From contig CM060731.1 of NCBI GenBank assembly GCA_030704615.1, positions 13,330,001 to 13,394,000 of the forward strand: a stretch of 64,000 bases of DNA. Reading direction: 5' to 3'. The position numbers and the translations under genes were made by a program. Shown one piece after another: positions 52,261 to 64,000 of this stretch. Numbering within the stretch: the first letter of the stretch is position 1; each line of letters opens with the position of its first letter. Origin of the DNA: Takakia lepidozioides (taxonomy: Eukaryota; Plantae; Bryophyta). A model generated the notes under the pieces. The model did not search any database, was not told the DNA's origin, and was given only the letters and a program-made list of their open reading frames with translations.

Positions 52261-55200
52261 GCAATGTACCAACTATATTAACATTCAAATATACGAGTCC
52301 GGTTGATGTGGCGAATACAAATGTCAACCTTGGAGAGAGATGATGCCAACTGGAGTTCGCTTAAATAAAGTCACTTCTCTTTGTGGGCATTGCCCATTGT
52401 TGGCGGTGGGCACTATTAGATAAGACCTACCTAGGAGGTGACCAGTTGGCCACTTTCAATCTTGCATTTGTTGTTGATCTTGGATATTAATTAGTCCTAC
52501 AAAGTTTAAAAAAAGACTATTATAGTGGGTCAATTTTTTATCATGTAACGTGGGCCAGACAGACATAGGGCCCTGGACGGCGATCATAGAATAGACAAAA
52601 CATGCTAATCCCTCAATGCCATTGCTGTTTAACTTTTAATATCTAATAACTTCTTGTAAGTTAAATTTGATCTACCTTAATTTTATTGTGATTTTCTATA
52701 TAGAATAGTAGCTTCATCGGAACTTTTTTTCAACTTGTTTGTTTATTTTCCAAATTATACCCAACCACCAAGCTACCCACCACATTCTCATCTCAATTTG
52801 GTGTGTTTTGATGTATATAATCAAGCAATATCCCTGAAACAAAACCTTGGCCTGACCCATAGATCTCAACCGTACTACCTCTAAACCTCCATGCACTCCA
52901 TTTCACCAATATTAGATCCTACCTCACCGCACTCATCCTCAAAAAACGCAAGATCAAAAGCGGCACTACCCACAAGGGTCGAAAGAGACAAGCAGTGTTT
53001 TTATAGTGTTTTTGGAAAATAGCATATTTGGCCAGAGTTTGCATATGCATGGTGCCATTTCATCCTTGCGAGACGGGCGTTACAACGAGCTATAGATAAG
53101 GGGAATTGGGTGAGATAGGGGAAATGGTCAAACCTGGAAGCCAGGTGAGATCACGGAGTAGGGGAAATGGTCAAACCTGGAAGCCAGGTCACGTGGAAGC
53201 ACAAGCTTGCGAGCTGAGAACGAGAGATTCCAAAACGCGGGACCGCTGCAGACTGTTGGCGGGAGCCGACCCCCTCTCTTTGCCAACCCAAAACCTAAAA
53301 TAACCCCAGATCGGGTTCAATCAAACCCGGATCTGGGCCCTACACCTGGTCAAATAAAACTTGGCCAAATTTCAGCCCAAAATAATAAAATCCCAGAAAG
53401 TTATTCAGTTTTATCGTTTTGAAACGGCCAGTTTTTGGCAGGTGGGCGTTTAAGGGTTAAGGGCCCAGTGGCCTTTGTTGACTTCGGAGAATCAGTGAGA
53501 CAGTGAAAAACAGACATAATTTTGAGAAACAAAAAAAACCAAAAATTCTGAGGATATATTATGTAATTTGCTACCTCTTGTATACAGTGGCGAAATTTCA
53601 GGTCAAGCGATTGAAATTCAAAGAAAATGCCACCGTTCAATGTGGGGACGAATTTTTGGGCTGTTACAAAAGTAAAGTAATTTTCTCTTGGGTTTTTCAC
53701 TTTTTCCATCACAGGATGACATTCATTTATTCTAAAACCCCTACCCTTCCATCTACTTGATATCTTACATCCAATGAACTAAGCAGCACCTCATTTTGCC
53801 CAAAAATGAGATGTTGGCACTTGGTCAAAGCAGGGGTCACTTTTGAGTTTACAAGCAGCTTGTGAAGCCAGAGTTTTTCCTCTCCCTCCTCCATGTGCAT
53901 CCATACCCACCTAAGCGCCTCCTAATATGATTGCATGAGTGGGATTTGAACCCAATATTCTGCCCCACTTGGCAGCTCATACATGAACACAAGGGGGAAC
54001 TGTATGGCCCCCCAAGTGTGCACCCCCGCTTGGGAAGGGGACTAACACCTATGACCTCTGACAAAATTCCCTATAGCAATACCTCCTGTTGCACCATACC
54101 AGAGCCAGTATTTGCAACATATGCCAACAACTCAAAACAGGACACGCCTAAACTACCCAATTTGACAAACTGAATATACTATACTACACAGTGCTCCCAA
54201 GCGACACAGCTCTAATATATCCTCTTCACACATAACCCGAACATATAACCACCTACACCTAACGTAAGCAAATGTCAATGGTATTTGTTATTAGACATAG
54301 TCTAGCTACCACATAAAAAAAAATTTGGAACGACCTGGACAGTCCCTCATCAACTCCTTATCCAAAATTCATGTAGAGAGAGAGATGAAGCCAGCCGAAG
54401 CCAGCATTAAGTAAGAGCCTACTTCCACACAAGTATGTTTCAGACTTTTCCCTCATAGAAAATATTTGTGTACACATCGATTTTTACTTCAGATACACTG
54501 TTACTTTGTAATCATTCCATGAATATAGACAATTTACCTAAGTCTGTCTATCTAGTGTTCTAAAATCCAGCAAATAAAGAAAGGCAGACAATTCATTTTA
54601 GTTTTATAGCCCTGCCTTCACCACAGAAATGAGGTCCAAGGCATCTGCACATCAGTCTCGGTTGAGTGCAGGGCACAAGAGGGAAGAGAGGGAGGGAGAT
54701 AGAAAGGGAGGAATACTACCTTTGTGATATTGATTATAGCATATTAAACCTTAGTGCAAAAAAGAGGAATTTTCTACAGCTATGGGGGGCTGTCACTCTT
54801 CTCATCCATTGATGGTCTAGCCTGCTCTGTAGCATCTCTCTCACAGTATAATGCTCACTACATTCCTCGATAGCGAGGTCTAGTTAGAAGAAGCATGATC
54901 CAGAGCACTCTCAATATTCCTCCCCGACAGCAAATTATTAAGGTGGTTGCTTAACATCCTTCCTATGTACCGATGGAACACCTAACCAATACCTCCTGAT
55001 GGATAGGTACATATTAAGGGTTACCGCAAATATTCCTCTGGTCTTTCCCAGTTTCTGGTGGATGGACACTTTCCCAATGTTAATTGAGCTGTAGGTACTC
55101 AACTCAGACTCAACTAGGTACCAGGAAACTCTTAGCCCCATCTATATTGACAAACCTAGCAAAATATAGAGGAACATGTTAATCATTGCTTTTGTGCAAA

Positions 55201-56102
55201 CATCTTTGCAAATCTGCAAGGACTCATGTGCACAATCAGTTACAATTAGAGAGCAATGCCGCCAACTAACCTCCCATGTCCCAAGCAGTGAGATTCCAAG
55301 AGGTGGATTAAAAAGTTCTGTCTGTAAACCACCAAATTAGGTCAACATACTACCCTATTTCACATGTTGGATGGTCAAAAATATACTTGCGTGTGTGTTT
55401 TGGGGATTCACATCCAATGGAAACGCCCTCTTTAGCTATGGAATTACCACACTGTCTTAGCAAGTTGTTTGGACAAAATAGAGCTATGTACAGGTTGAAG
55501 TGGTCAAGGCATTGCAAAATGCAACCAAAGTGTGTTGACTACGGTAGTCGAATTGGGAGAGATTTCATCTAAAGAACACATCAGCTTGAAATTGAAGAAA
55601 CGTAAGCTCTATATGATCAAACGTTCAACAACGTTTCAGGTGCTGGACCAAGAGGGTTGGGCAAAACTTAGTTATCAGCAGAGTCACACTACATGAATAC
55701 AGCGATTGCATGGAAAACAGAGTATATAAGATAGGGAGGATTTTAGGGTCAGAGAGAAGAAAAGAAATGTCAGTGAGTAAATTTGAACGAAATGTCAAGG
55801 AACGAAATTCCAACGGACGAATTCCAACAGACGAAATGCCAGCGGAATACTCCAGATAAGGCCGCCCGTCATGTTGGGTCTGACAAGGCCTCACATCTGC
55901 AGATCTAGGTCTTCTCGACCAGGTGAGTTTCCGTTGTAAAGGATGTGAGGTTGTCTTTTGTTATGAGGGATCAGGAGAGAGAGTTTTCAACATCTCATTG
56001 CATCAACCTGAGGCTTTGGTTCTGATAGAGGAGGGTTTGGCCTTTGCGGGAGGAGGGCTGGCGGTCAGGAATGTGATCGAGGAGAACTCTGAGGAAGGAG
56101 AG

Positions 56103-58670
56103 ATGGGGACAAACAAGATGAAGATAGTTGACCTGGAGAAGGGATGGAACTTTATTTACGAGAAGGGCATCGCCAAGTTGAGGGAAAAACTGGAGGGTGT
56201 GCAGCCTGAGAAACAATTAGACGCCAAGGAGTATTCTGATCTGTACACAGTAGTGTACAGATGTGGCATCCTCAAGTCGTACACAATTGTGTACAAACCA
56301 GAATACTCCTTAGCATTGAACTGTTTCTCCTGCACACCCTCTACTCACTAGGGCAAAGCGACCACTCATCAAATGACTGTCTATATCTATCGAACAGTTG
56401 TTGTGAGAAGTTCGGTTCCTGATTGCACATGTTGTAGAGGGTGTGCAGGAGAAACAGTTCAATGCGAAGGAGTATATGGATCTGTACACAGTAGTGTACA
56501 ACATGTGCATAAGGAACCGAACTACTCACAACAGCTGTATGATAGATATAGACAGTCATTTGATGAGTACCTGACTACGGTCGTTTTACCCCTAGTGAGA
56601 GGAAACCAGGTGAGTGTATGCTGAGAGAGTTTGTTTCCAGTTGGAAAAATCACAAATCATGATCAGGTACATGTCACGTTTTTTTCAGTATCTGCATCGC
56701 ATCAGCAGTAACTTGCTTCCCAGCCTCGTTGAGGTGGGCCTGCTATGTTTTCGTGACCTGGTTTATGGAAACTCAAATACCAGGTGAAAGATTTGGTCAT
56801 CTCCTTGATTGAGCAGGAGGGTGAGCAAATCGATCGTTTGTTGCAGAATGTGCTCGACATGGTTGTGGAGATTGATGTTGAAGCTCACACGCTCCAAGAC
56901 ACTGTTGCTTGCTACTCTCCCAAGGCAGAGTCTTGGATGCAAACGGATCAGTGTGCGCAGTATATGCTGAAGGTGGAGAATTGCTTAAGAAGAGAGGAGG
57001 AAAGAACTGGCTATTACATTCAAGCTAGCAATCAGAAAAGTTTATGAAGAAAGTTGAGCATGAGCTCCTTTTACAATATCAAACTCAGCTGTTGGAGTGG
57101 TGCCCTGCCTTACTAACAGATGACAAAGTGGATGACCTTTCACGTATGTATAGATTGTTCAGCAGGATTCCCAAGGGCTTCTCAACTATCTCTGGCATCT
57201 TCTCTAAGCATGTTGCAGATGCAGGAGCTACATTGGTACAGGAACAGCAAGCTAAGGATGCAGATGCAGCCTCTGCATATTTGGTCCACCAAGATGTTGA
57301 CCAAGTCGAGGATGCAGTATTGGACAAGCAGACTTGTAAGGGTGCACATATTGCAGCCTCTGCATACTTGGTCCAGCAAGATGATAACCAAGCTGAGGAC
57401 GCAATATTGGTGACCAAGCAGGCTAAGGGTGCACCCTCAAATGCAGGAAAGGTATATTTGGTCGAGAAGGATGCAGTTTCAGTAACCTGGTTGATGCAAG
57501 ATCTGCATTGGTCAAGAAAACCAACATAGCGGAGAAAACAGAAACCATCATGAGGGAACTGTACAACAGCATGCATTAGTTGTACGCACTATGGAGCTCG
57601 TGAGCCAGCTCCACGATAGATATTCTCATTAAGTTGGCAAATATTTTGCCAACCATCCCCTATTCCAGAGGGCATGGAGGGAAGCCCTTGAGCTGTTTTG
57701 CAACAAGCTGGATGTGGCCAGGTGCATCACAGAAGCTGAGCTGATGGTCACGTTCTACGACAGCTTATTGATTAACGTTGGAATTGAGAAGCTGAGTGAT
57801 GGAGCAGTTGAAGAGACCATTCAAAGATGGTAAAACTTCTTCGGTACATCAATATTGACAAGGACCACTTGGCAGAGTTATGCAGGAAGAAACTGGCTTT
57901 GCAGACTCTTGTCCCATGTAACCGCTAATGTCAGTCATGACCGCAGCTTTCTGATGAAATTGAGGCAACAATGGGGTGAACAATATATCTCCAAAATGAA
58001 GGGCATGATCACAGACCTCACAGTACTGGCACAGGAGAACCACAGCCTGTTCGAGGATTATGTAGCCCACAATGTAACTACCTCAAACAGGACCTCGAAA
58101 ATTGATTTTTCAGTGAAAGTTCTCACCTCCAGGTTCTGGCCGAGGTACAGTTCTTCGGACCTTGCTTTGCCTCTAGAGATGGTTGAATGTGTTCAGGTGT
58201 TCAATGAGTTCTACGAGACAACAAAAAAGCGTCGGAAGTTGAGGTGGATATATTCTTTAGGTTCAGTATTACAAGCGCAACGTTTGATGCCAAGCCCATT
58301 GAGCTCATTGTTTCCACCTATCAGGCTGTAATTCTTCTGCTATTCAACGTATCATACAGGTTGAGCTACTCTGAGATTAAGAGGCAAGTGAATCTAGAAA
58401 TGGTGAGACTCTCAGATTGCTTCATTCTTTGTCACGTGCCAACTACAAGATTCTGAAGAAAACCCTGGTACAGAACCTGTGGAAGAGACAGAATGGTTTG
58501 AATTCAATGCCAATTTCACTCAAGAGATGAGTCGGGTCAAGATTCCCTTGCCACCCTCAGATGAGAAGAAGACAGCCATACAGGATGTGTACAAGGATAG
58601 GCGCTACGCCATTGATGCAGCAATTATGCGTGTCATGAAGAGTCGGAAAGTTTTGTCACAAAATATGTAG
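56103..58670 (+). pseudogene. CUL1: Intronless cullin-1 retrocopy with frameshifts, internal inversion and truncated C-terminus
   Basis: [115 protein letters not shown]. No introns across 2.5 kb. Confidence 0.88.
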
Positions 58671-58749
58671 GGTAAAGGCTACAGGTATAATATCCTGTAC
58701 ACTGCTGATTGGTTACAGAGTTTGAGCACTTCGTAAAATGGGTGTGGAT

Positions 58750-59300
58750 GTGTTGAAACGTTTTTGTGAGGGTTCTTACCACCACGGTCTGCAGGCATAC
58801 TTATCTTGCATGCCTCACCAACTGTGCAGTTTCTGCATCTCTATCATGCTTAAGGAGAAGGCATGAGATCGATAGGTTCCTTGAAGCTGCTACCTTGGGA
58901 ATCCTGCTGAAGTGGCAGTATATACTTGAGAGGTCATCGGCCATGCACCTTATAAAGACTCCATAAAGCATGGCAGTGCTAGTGAACCCTATGGGTGCAG
59001 GGTGCTCCTTTTCTAGCGCTACATGACTGAACATTGTGAGAGAACATTTACACTGTTAGCTTGAATGTATGGCCAATCCTTTCCTTCTCTCTTTTCAGGC
59101 CCTCGGCCTTCAGCATGTAGAGTGCAAAAGAATCCTATTGAATGCAAGTTGCTGCCTAGCGAGAGTAGTAAGCAGCACACTATCTTGGAGCGTGTAAGCT
59201 TCAAGTCCGTTCTGTTATGCATCCATCTCTACCACATCAATCTCCTCAAAGAGGCCGTCAAGGGCAATGTATGATCGATTTGCTCGGCCTAATTGGTCCT
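58750..59300 (-). pseudogene. CUL1: Second, inverted CUL1 fragment (cullin repeat region)
   Basis: LEKEH...DDLSSIYCHFSRIPK. Minus-strand DNA resembles 56820-57240 (GAGCAAATCGATC, ACACGCTCCAAGA, TACATTCAAGCTA). Confidence 0.7.
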
Positions 59301-60964
59301 ACATATTTGATTACACCATAGAAACCTGGAGTGGAGCAGTGGGAACCAGGTGAGGTTGATTGAAATGGCAGGTTTGGCCTCCCAATTCAATGACTGGGAC
59401 TTGAACGTGAATGATTGACCAGTGTACCTCACCCCAATAGCGAACCTACAGTAGTTGGTCTGCACTAATGAATCACTTCGAATGGTTGTGACACGAACGT
59501 ATGTCAGAAATGAAATGGTGCTTTATAACGTCCGCGAAAGAACGTATGTCAGAGAAAGAAAGAAATCGGAAGAAATTACTCTCCTGTGCCACGGACCGAG
59601 AGTTGGTACCTGATTATCAACCTGGCCAGTGATGGACTTGCAACTCGGGAAAAATCTTCGTTGCAATGCGGCAGCCAAGCTCCAGCCGAAGATTCTCAGC
59701 TACTTCCCTACACTGCGCCAAAAACGGAATCCATGTGCCGGCTCTAGAAGATTTTCCCTAAGCTCTGCCCATGGTGCCCTGAGATCACATTCAGTACACA
59801 AGTATTTTCTGACGTTAAGTTAGTACTATCTTTGGTGCAAAGATGGTTTCAAGAATCGAGGGATGTGAAGGAAGATAAATATACGTTCAGGTCTACTCCA
59901 GAGCTTTAGAAATCTGGAAGACGGAGGACTGTATTGCACTGTGATCTGTAATATTCAGACCCTCCAGTCCTCAGAAATCTTGACTAGTCAACTAGCCTAA
60001 GTCGACTTACGTTGGAGCAAATGCGGAATCAAATGGGTGTGAGCCTCAACACAAGGAGCGGCTCTGGGGACGTCTGGACCCCGCCATAGCTGCAGGTGCC
60101 TGGAGGTTCCGTCCCCAGCTACTTGACTGCGCCCGCACTGCCCGGGATGTGAGATGCTGATCATCTACTTTTCTAAGAATCTTCGACAGAACATCCATAT
60201 ATGTACCATCGTCTTCAATGATATTTTAATGGTATATGCTCTGTACTGCACGGATGATGTGTGGGCGTTACGCTATTTATACGCGTACTGTACCCGAAGA
60301 TTGACCTAACTAGAGTATTCTAATGATACTCGATTGGAGGTTCCACTTCTCACAGAGCTTCGGCAGTACAGTTAAGCAGGAAGAACCGGGAAAGAATTAT
60401 ATGTCCATTCAAAATTCAGGCTGGACATTAGTAGTGTGATTGTCAAGACTACTCCAATGCTTCATTGTCGGGGCCAGGCCATACTGCAGGCTATTAATGA
60501 GACCCAAGTTCGGGCGCCAATATACTGATCAGAGATGAGCTTGGGGATTGGATACCTGAGCAGCTCGAAACTGAGAACCTACATTGATTACTATGGATGT
60601 ACATACGTACATACATGTATTTCCCACTTAATTATCGACATGAGAACTTGAGGTTGGTGGTAAGTTTGTGAAACTAATTTCCGCAAGCAGCTCAAATGTG
60701 TCTGCAGAAATGTAACAGTATTATTAGTGCACGTAAAAGGTTTTGAACTTAGTAGAAGAACAGCAGTCGAGCTCAGACGGAGCTCCAAAGGTGAAAAAAA
60801 ATTCAGAACCTTTATACGTCATTTGGAGGCCCGAAGGATCTAACAGAACAGAACCATATGTACCAGTGAGTCAACTCATGAAGTGGTTGTTATTGGCTAA
60901 GCTGGCTTCAGCCGAAGTCTCTTGAGAGAAATAGTCATATAACAAAAAGTAAAGTCCACCTACT

Positions 60965-61440
60965 TAGTTGGGCTACGTATTTGAGTCCGTTGGGCCGGCC
61001 CACCTTGTCTCGCTCAAGAACTCTGTGGACAGTCTAATTCGACACGCTTCTTCATCATCTTGACATCAGGCTTTCAAGAACAAGGGCGCAAGCTGCTCCA
61101 CGCACGCAGCTAGCTAGAGCGAGTACTGTTGGACGTGGTTTTATGACTCTAATTCATGATGCGAGCCGTGCACAATTGCTGGATCAATAGCATAGCGCCT
61201 GTCCTTCCAATCCACATCCTCTATCACTTTTCTTCTCTGTCGAAGGCGGCAAGCAAATCTTGATCAATAGATCTAATCTTGTCAGTGAGCTCAATCGGCT
61301 TGGCAGCAAACTTCCGCTTATCTTTATACATGAACATAAGCGAATATATCCAACTCAACTTGTCACGTAGTTGGCCAAAACCCTACCTCAGAACTGTCAC
61401 TGACAAATTTATCAAGACTTGAGTTTGAGGTAACGTTCTG
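60965..61440 (-). pseudogene. CUL1: Third CUL1 fragment (C-terminal region including winged-helix end), with deletions
   Basis: Minus-strand translation across frameshifts gives [57 protein letters not shown]. Confidence 0.7.
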
Positions 61441-61879
61441 GACCACATATTAAAAATCGCATCCGGTTCTCTATAACGTTGCAGCTGTGGCCGGCTGACA
61501 GGTACGTATAGAGGGACTTGAAGAAAGGAAAGCTACAGAACGCGTTCTAAGCATATTAGAACGACCATAGCGGGCCCTTCTCGCGACCGACGGACCACAG
61601 TGGGCCCTCCTCTTGATCTGTGTGCCCAGAACAGCCAAAAAAAGTATAGAGCCAACCGAAGCGAGTGTAAATAAGAACATCTTTCGATTTCAGGGGTGGG
61701 CTCTATAAGTGGAATCGCACCACGACTATACCACGACTTCCATTTTGCGGTTGTTAGGGATGAGTCATAGAGATCCATGAGCACCTACGGCAATAATAGC
61801 GAATGTAATCCAACCATGGATCACAATCATGATGATCAGTGAAGTGTGAAGGGTGCACCCCACCCTTCCCTGTACTTGG

Positions 61880-62816
61880 TGAGCTTAAAGCGCCCTGCAC
61901 GCATTGTTTGCCCTATTTCCCCACAGCGAAGCATTTTTCGATATCTTTGGCGTCCAAATTGGCTTTTTGTTTTGCCAAAAAATAGGCCTTACACGCAACG
62001 GTGGCATTTTCTTGATTTCCATCCTATTGCCCTAGATTTTGGCAGGTCATTGGGGGGTAGGAAAATAAAGTCCGGTCAAAATTTTAAAATTCTTTGAATT
62101 CCAAAACTTATAGGAATTTTCGAATTTTCCACCCAAGGGTTACTCACTTTGGGAAAATCCAACTTACCAACTTGGCCCTTAAACGCCCACCACGTCCATT
62201 TCGGGCTTTGGGTTTAGAAAATTCTGAATAACTTTTTACATTCTCCATGGAATTGTGTGAAAAAAAAATATAGTGTTCTTGGGCACATGGCACACCAAGA
62301 TTCATTGCCTGATTGCCTTGGATCTGCCAGGTTGCAAAGAGGTCTCATCAGGCAAGGAGGGGGTCACGAATTGATAAAGGTAATTCCCGTTGTTATTCAC
62401 ACGAGTGTGAGTGGGGGAGAGAAACATGGGATTTTCCCAGGTTTGACCAAGTGGCAACATCACATGCATTGGCCAAATTGGATACTTTTTGGCTTGTTGG
62501 ATGAGGGATCTCAAGGGGATGAAACCATGCTAATTTCGCCTCAATCCCATTTGATCCCGTCACTCAAATCTTTAAGCAATTACCAAAAATGGATATGTTT
62601 CTCAAAAGTGCCCAATAATGGGGCCCACATTCAACGGTGGTATTTTGTGGATCTGGGGCTGATTGGCCTCAAATTTGGCAGGTGGATGCAGGAGGAAGGT
62701 GCGTAATGTGCGGTCAAGTTCTTTAAAAAGTTAATTTTCTGAAAGTTACACCAATTTTTCACTTAAGGGGTCATGTTTTTTGAAAAAGTCAAACTACGGC
62801 ACCGGGCGTTTAATGG
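61880..62816. repeat. MITE-like repeat related to 53440-53700, with CCCTTAAACGCCC-type inverted ends
   Basis: CCCTTAAACGCCC at 62176 and GGGCGTTTAATGG|TTAA at 62804-62820. CAACGGTGG(C/T)ATTTT blocks at ~61996 and ~62632, and inverted at ~53625. Confidence 0.5.
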
Positions 62817-63285
62817 TTAAGGGCAATGTCCGGGAAATAATTTCAGTTGAACCAGCCAGTAGCCGCTCATTCCCAGCAGCAATCGGCTAAGTGGGTTGGG
62901 CAGTCGGTTGCTACCCCTTAGTGGTAACTATACCCGGTCAATTTCTGAGAATTTGTTTTTACAACCGGTAATATTCCTAATGATTTATTTTGTGTTAAGC
63001 TATAAATCCGGCCCTTATAAATATCAACCTGTTGTCAACACAAGTGTCAAATGCACAACAATAAGTAAATAATAATAATAATAAATAATCACAACCAGTT
63101 TTAAGCAATTCAAACAAGTGAAGAACATTGTATCCTTATAGAAGTTGGACCTGTCAATGCCCTCAAACCACATGGAGGCCAAGAATTGAACCCGTGTGGA
63201 CAGGTGAGCTGTGATAGCAGGCAGGGAGTGCAGGCAGGGAGTGCAAGCAGGCGTGGGGCTGAGGCTGCGAGAGCAACGTCCAGAC

Positions 63286-64000
63286 CAGTGTTGTGCGGGT
63301 ATCCGCTTAGGCGGGTTGAAACCGGCGGTTCCGGTTCCGGTTCCTTGGAACCGGTACCGGACACTGGAACCGGAACCCGGCGCCCAGGAACAGGAACCGG
63401 AACCGGGGAGCAAGGACGAGCCGGTTCCAGAACCGGACCCAGCGGGTATGGGTTTTTCCAGGAACCGGCAGGAACTGGAACCGGGGGTCAGTGGCGGTTC
63501 CGGATCCGGTTCCCGCACTAGGGTTTTGTTTTTTTTGTTTTTTTTTCCCCTGATCTGTCGTCTCTCACCTCCAATCTGCGCGATCTGCTGCAGTAGCGCG
63601 ACTTCAGTAGGGAGCAGCGCATAGCAGCACGGGGAGGAAGGAGCAACGCGCCTCAGAGCGGGGGAGAGGGATCAGCGCGTGGGGCAGCGCCTCGGCGCGT
63701 GAGGGAGGGAGCAGCGTTTTTTTTTTTTTTGGGTTGGTTTTCCTGGTTCTGTAGTCTCGCACCTCCCACCTGCACGATGTGCTGCAGCAGCGCGAGCATC
63801 AGCACGGGGAGGGAGCAGCGCAGGGAGGTAGCATCGTAGGTAGCAGTAGTTTTGTTTTTTCTTCCTTCCACGTTGTATCGTCTCTCACGTCTGTTTTTGA
63901 ATAGTGAGGAAGTTCACTTAGATGACAACAAGGAGTTGATTGCAGAGGCCGAGTTGTTTGAGATAAAATGATTTCTTTGTGTACTCTACACATTAATTTA
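63286..64000. mobile_element. Probable end of a TIR (hAT-like) element with GGAACC/CCGGTT subterminal array; runs off the window
   Basis: CAGTGTTG start followed by a dense AACCGG/CCGGTT array at 63320-63515. The other end and TSD are not in the window. Confidence 0.4.

Larger units (their letters stand above)
46461..53456. mobile_element. Possible old non-autonomous TTAA-flanked (piggyBac-like termini) element hosting the LINE
   Basis: TTAA|CCCTCAAATGAC at 46457 and GGCGTTTAAGGG|TTAA at 53456-53460. TIRs degenerate; no transposase seen. Confidence 0.35.

Noticed and set aside
55785-55850. Short ~15-bp ACGAAAT repeats; similar small duplications near 10450-10490, 39845-40145, 44440-44650 and 53115-53190
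   Set aside because: They look like ordinary slippage duplications with no further structure.
63024-63624. EPEP/GTGT/GSGS-rich ORFs
   Set aside because: By-products of the GGAACC hexamer array.

Overview
This is plant nuclear DNA. The gene and transposon types suggest a non-seed land plant, probably a moss (inference). Host genes: a complete 12-exon EGY2-like plastid M50 metalloprotease (minus, 2267-10125), two paralogous small proteins ending in a P(I/L)VVN(Y/F)FPTGG motif (11424-11642 and 30247-30570), and three intronless CUL1 pseudogene pieces (56.1-61.4 kb). The rest is mostly transposons, some nested. (1) A 14,958-bp Mutator-like element (12649-27606) has a perfect 9-bp TSD and near-perfect TIRs. 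It encodes a SWIM/MULE transposase and a convergent zinc-finger/acidic-repeat/Ulp1-protease gene, and its arms, introns and even coding sequence are saturated with one motif, TGTAACCC/GGGT(T/G)ACA. This is a candidate VANDAL-like, sequence-specific self-recognition or anti-silencing system. (2) A second DNA transposon (31016-45273) has a MULE-type DDE/SWIM transposase fused to an integrase-type H2C2 finger, an apparent TA target duplication and different hairpins at each end; a chromoviral Ty3/gypsy element (32678-39650) sits inside it. (3) A 5'-truncated RLE-type LINE (47417-52260, 12-bp TSD) has the domain order RT, chromodomain, PCIF1-like adenine-methyltransferase-like domain, RNase H, CCHC, restriction-like endonuclease. 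All protein assignments are by eye from motifs; no searches were run. Many frameshifts inside repeats may be assembly errors.
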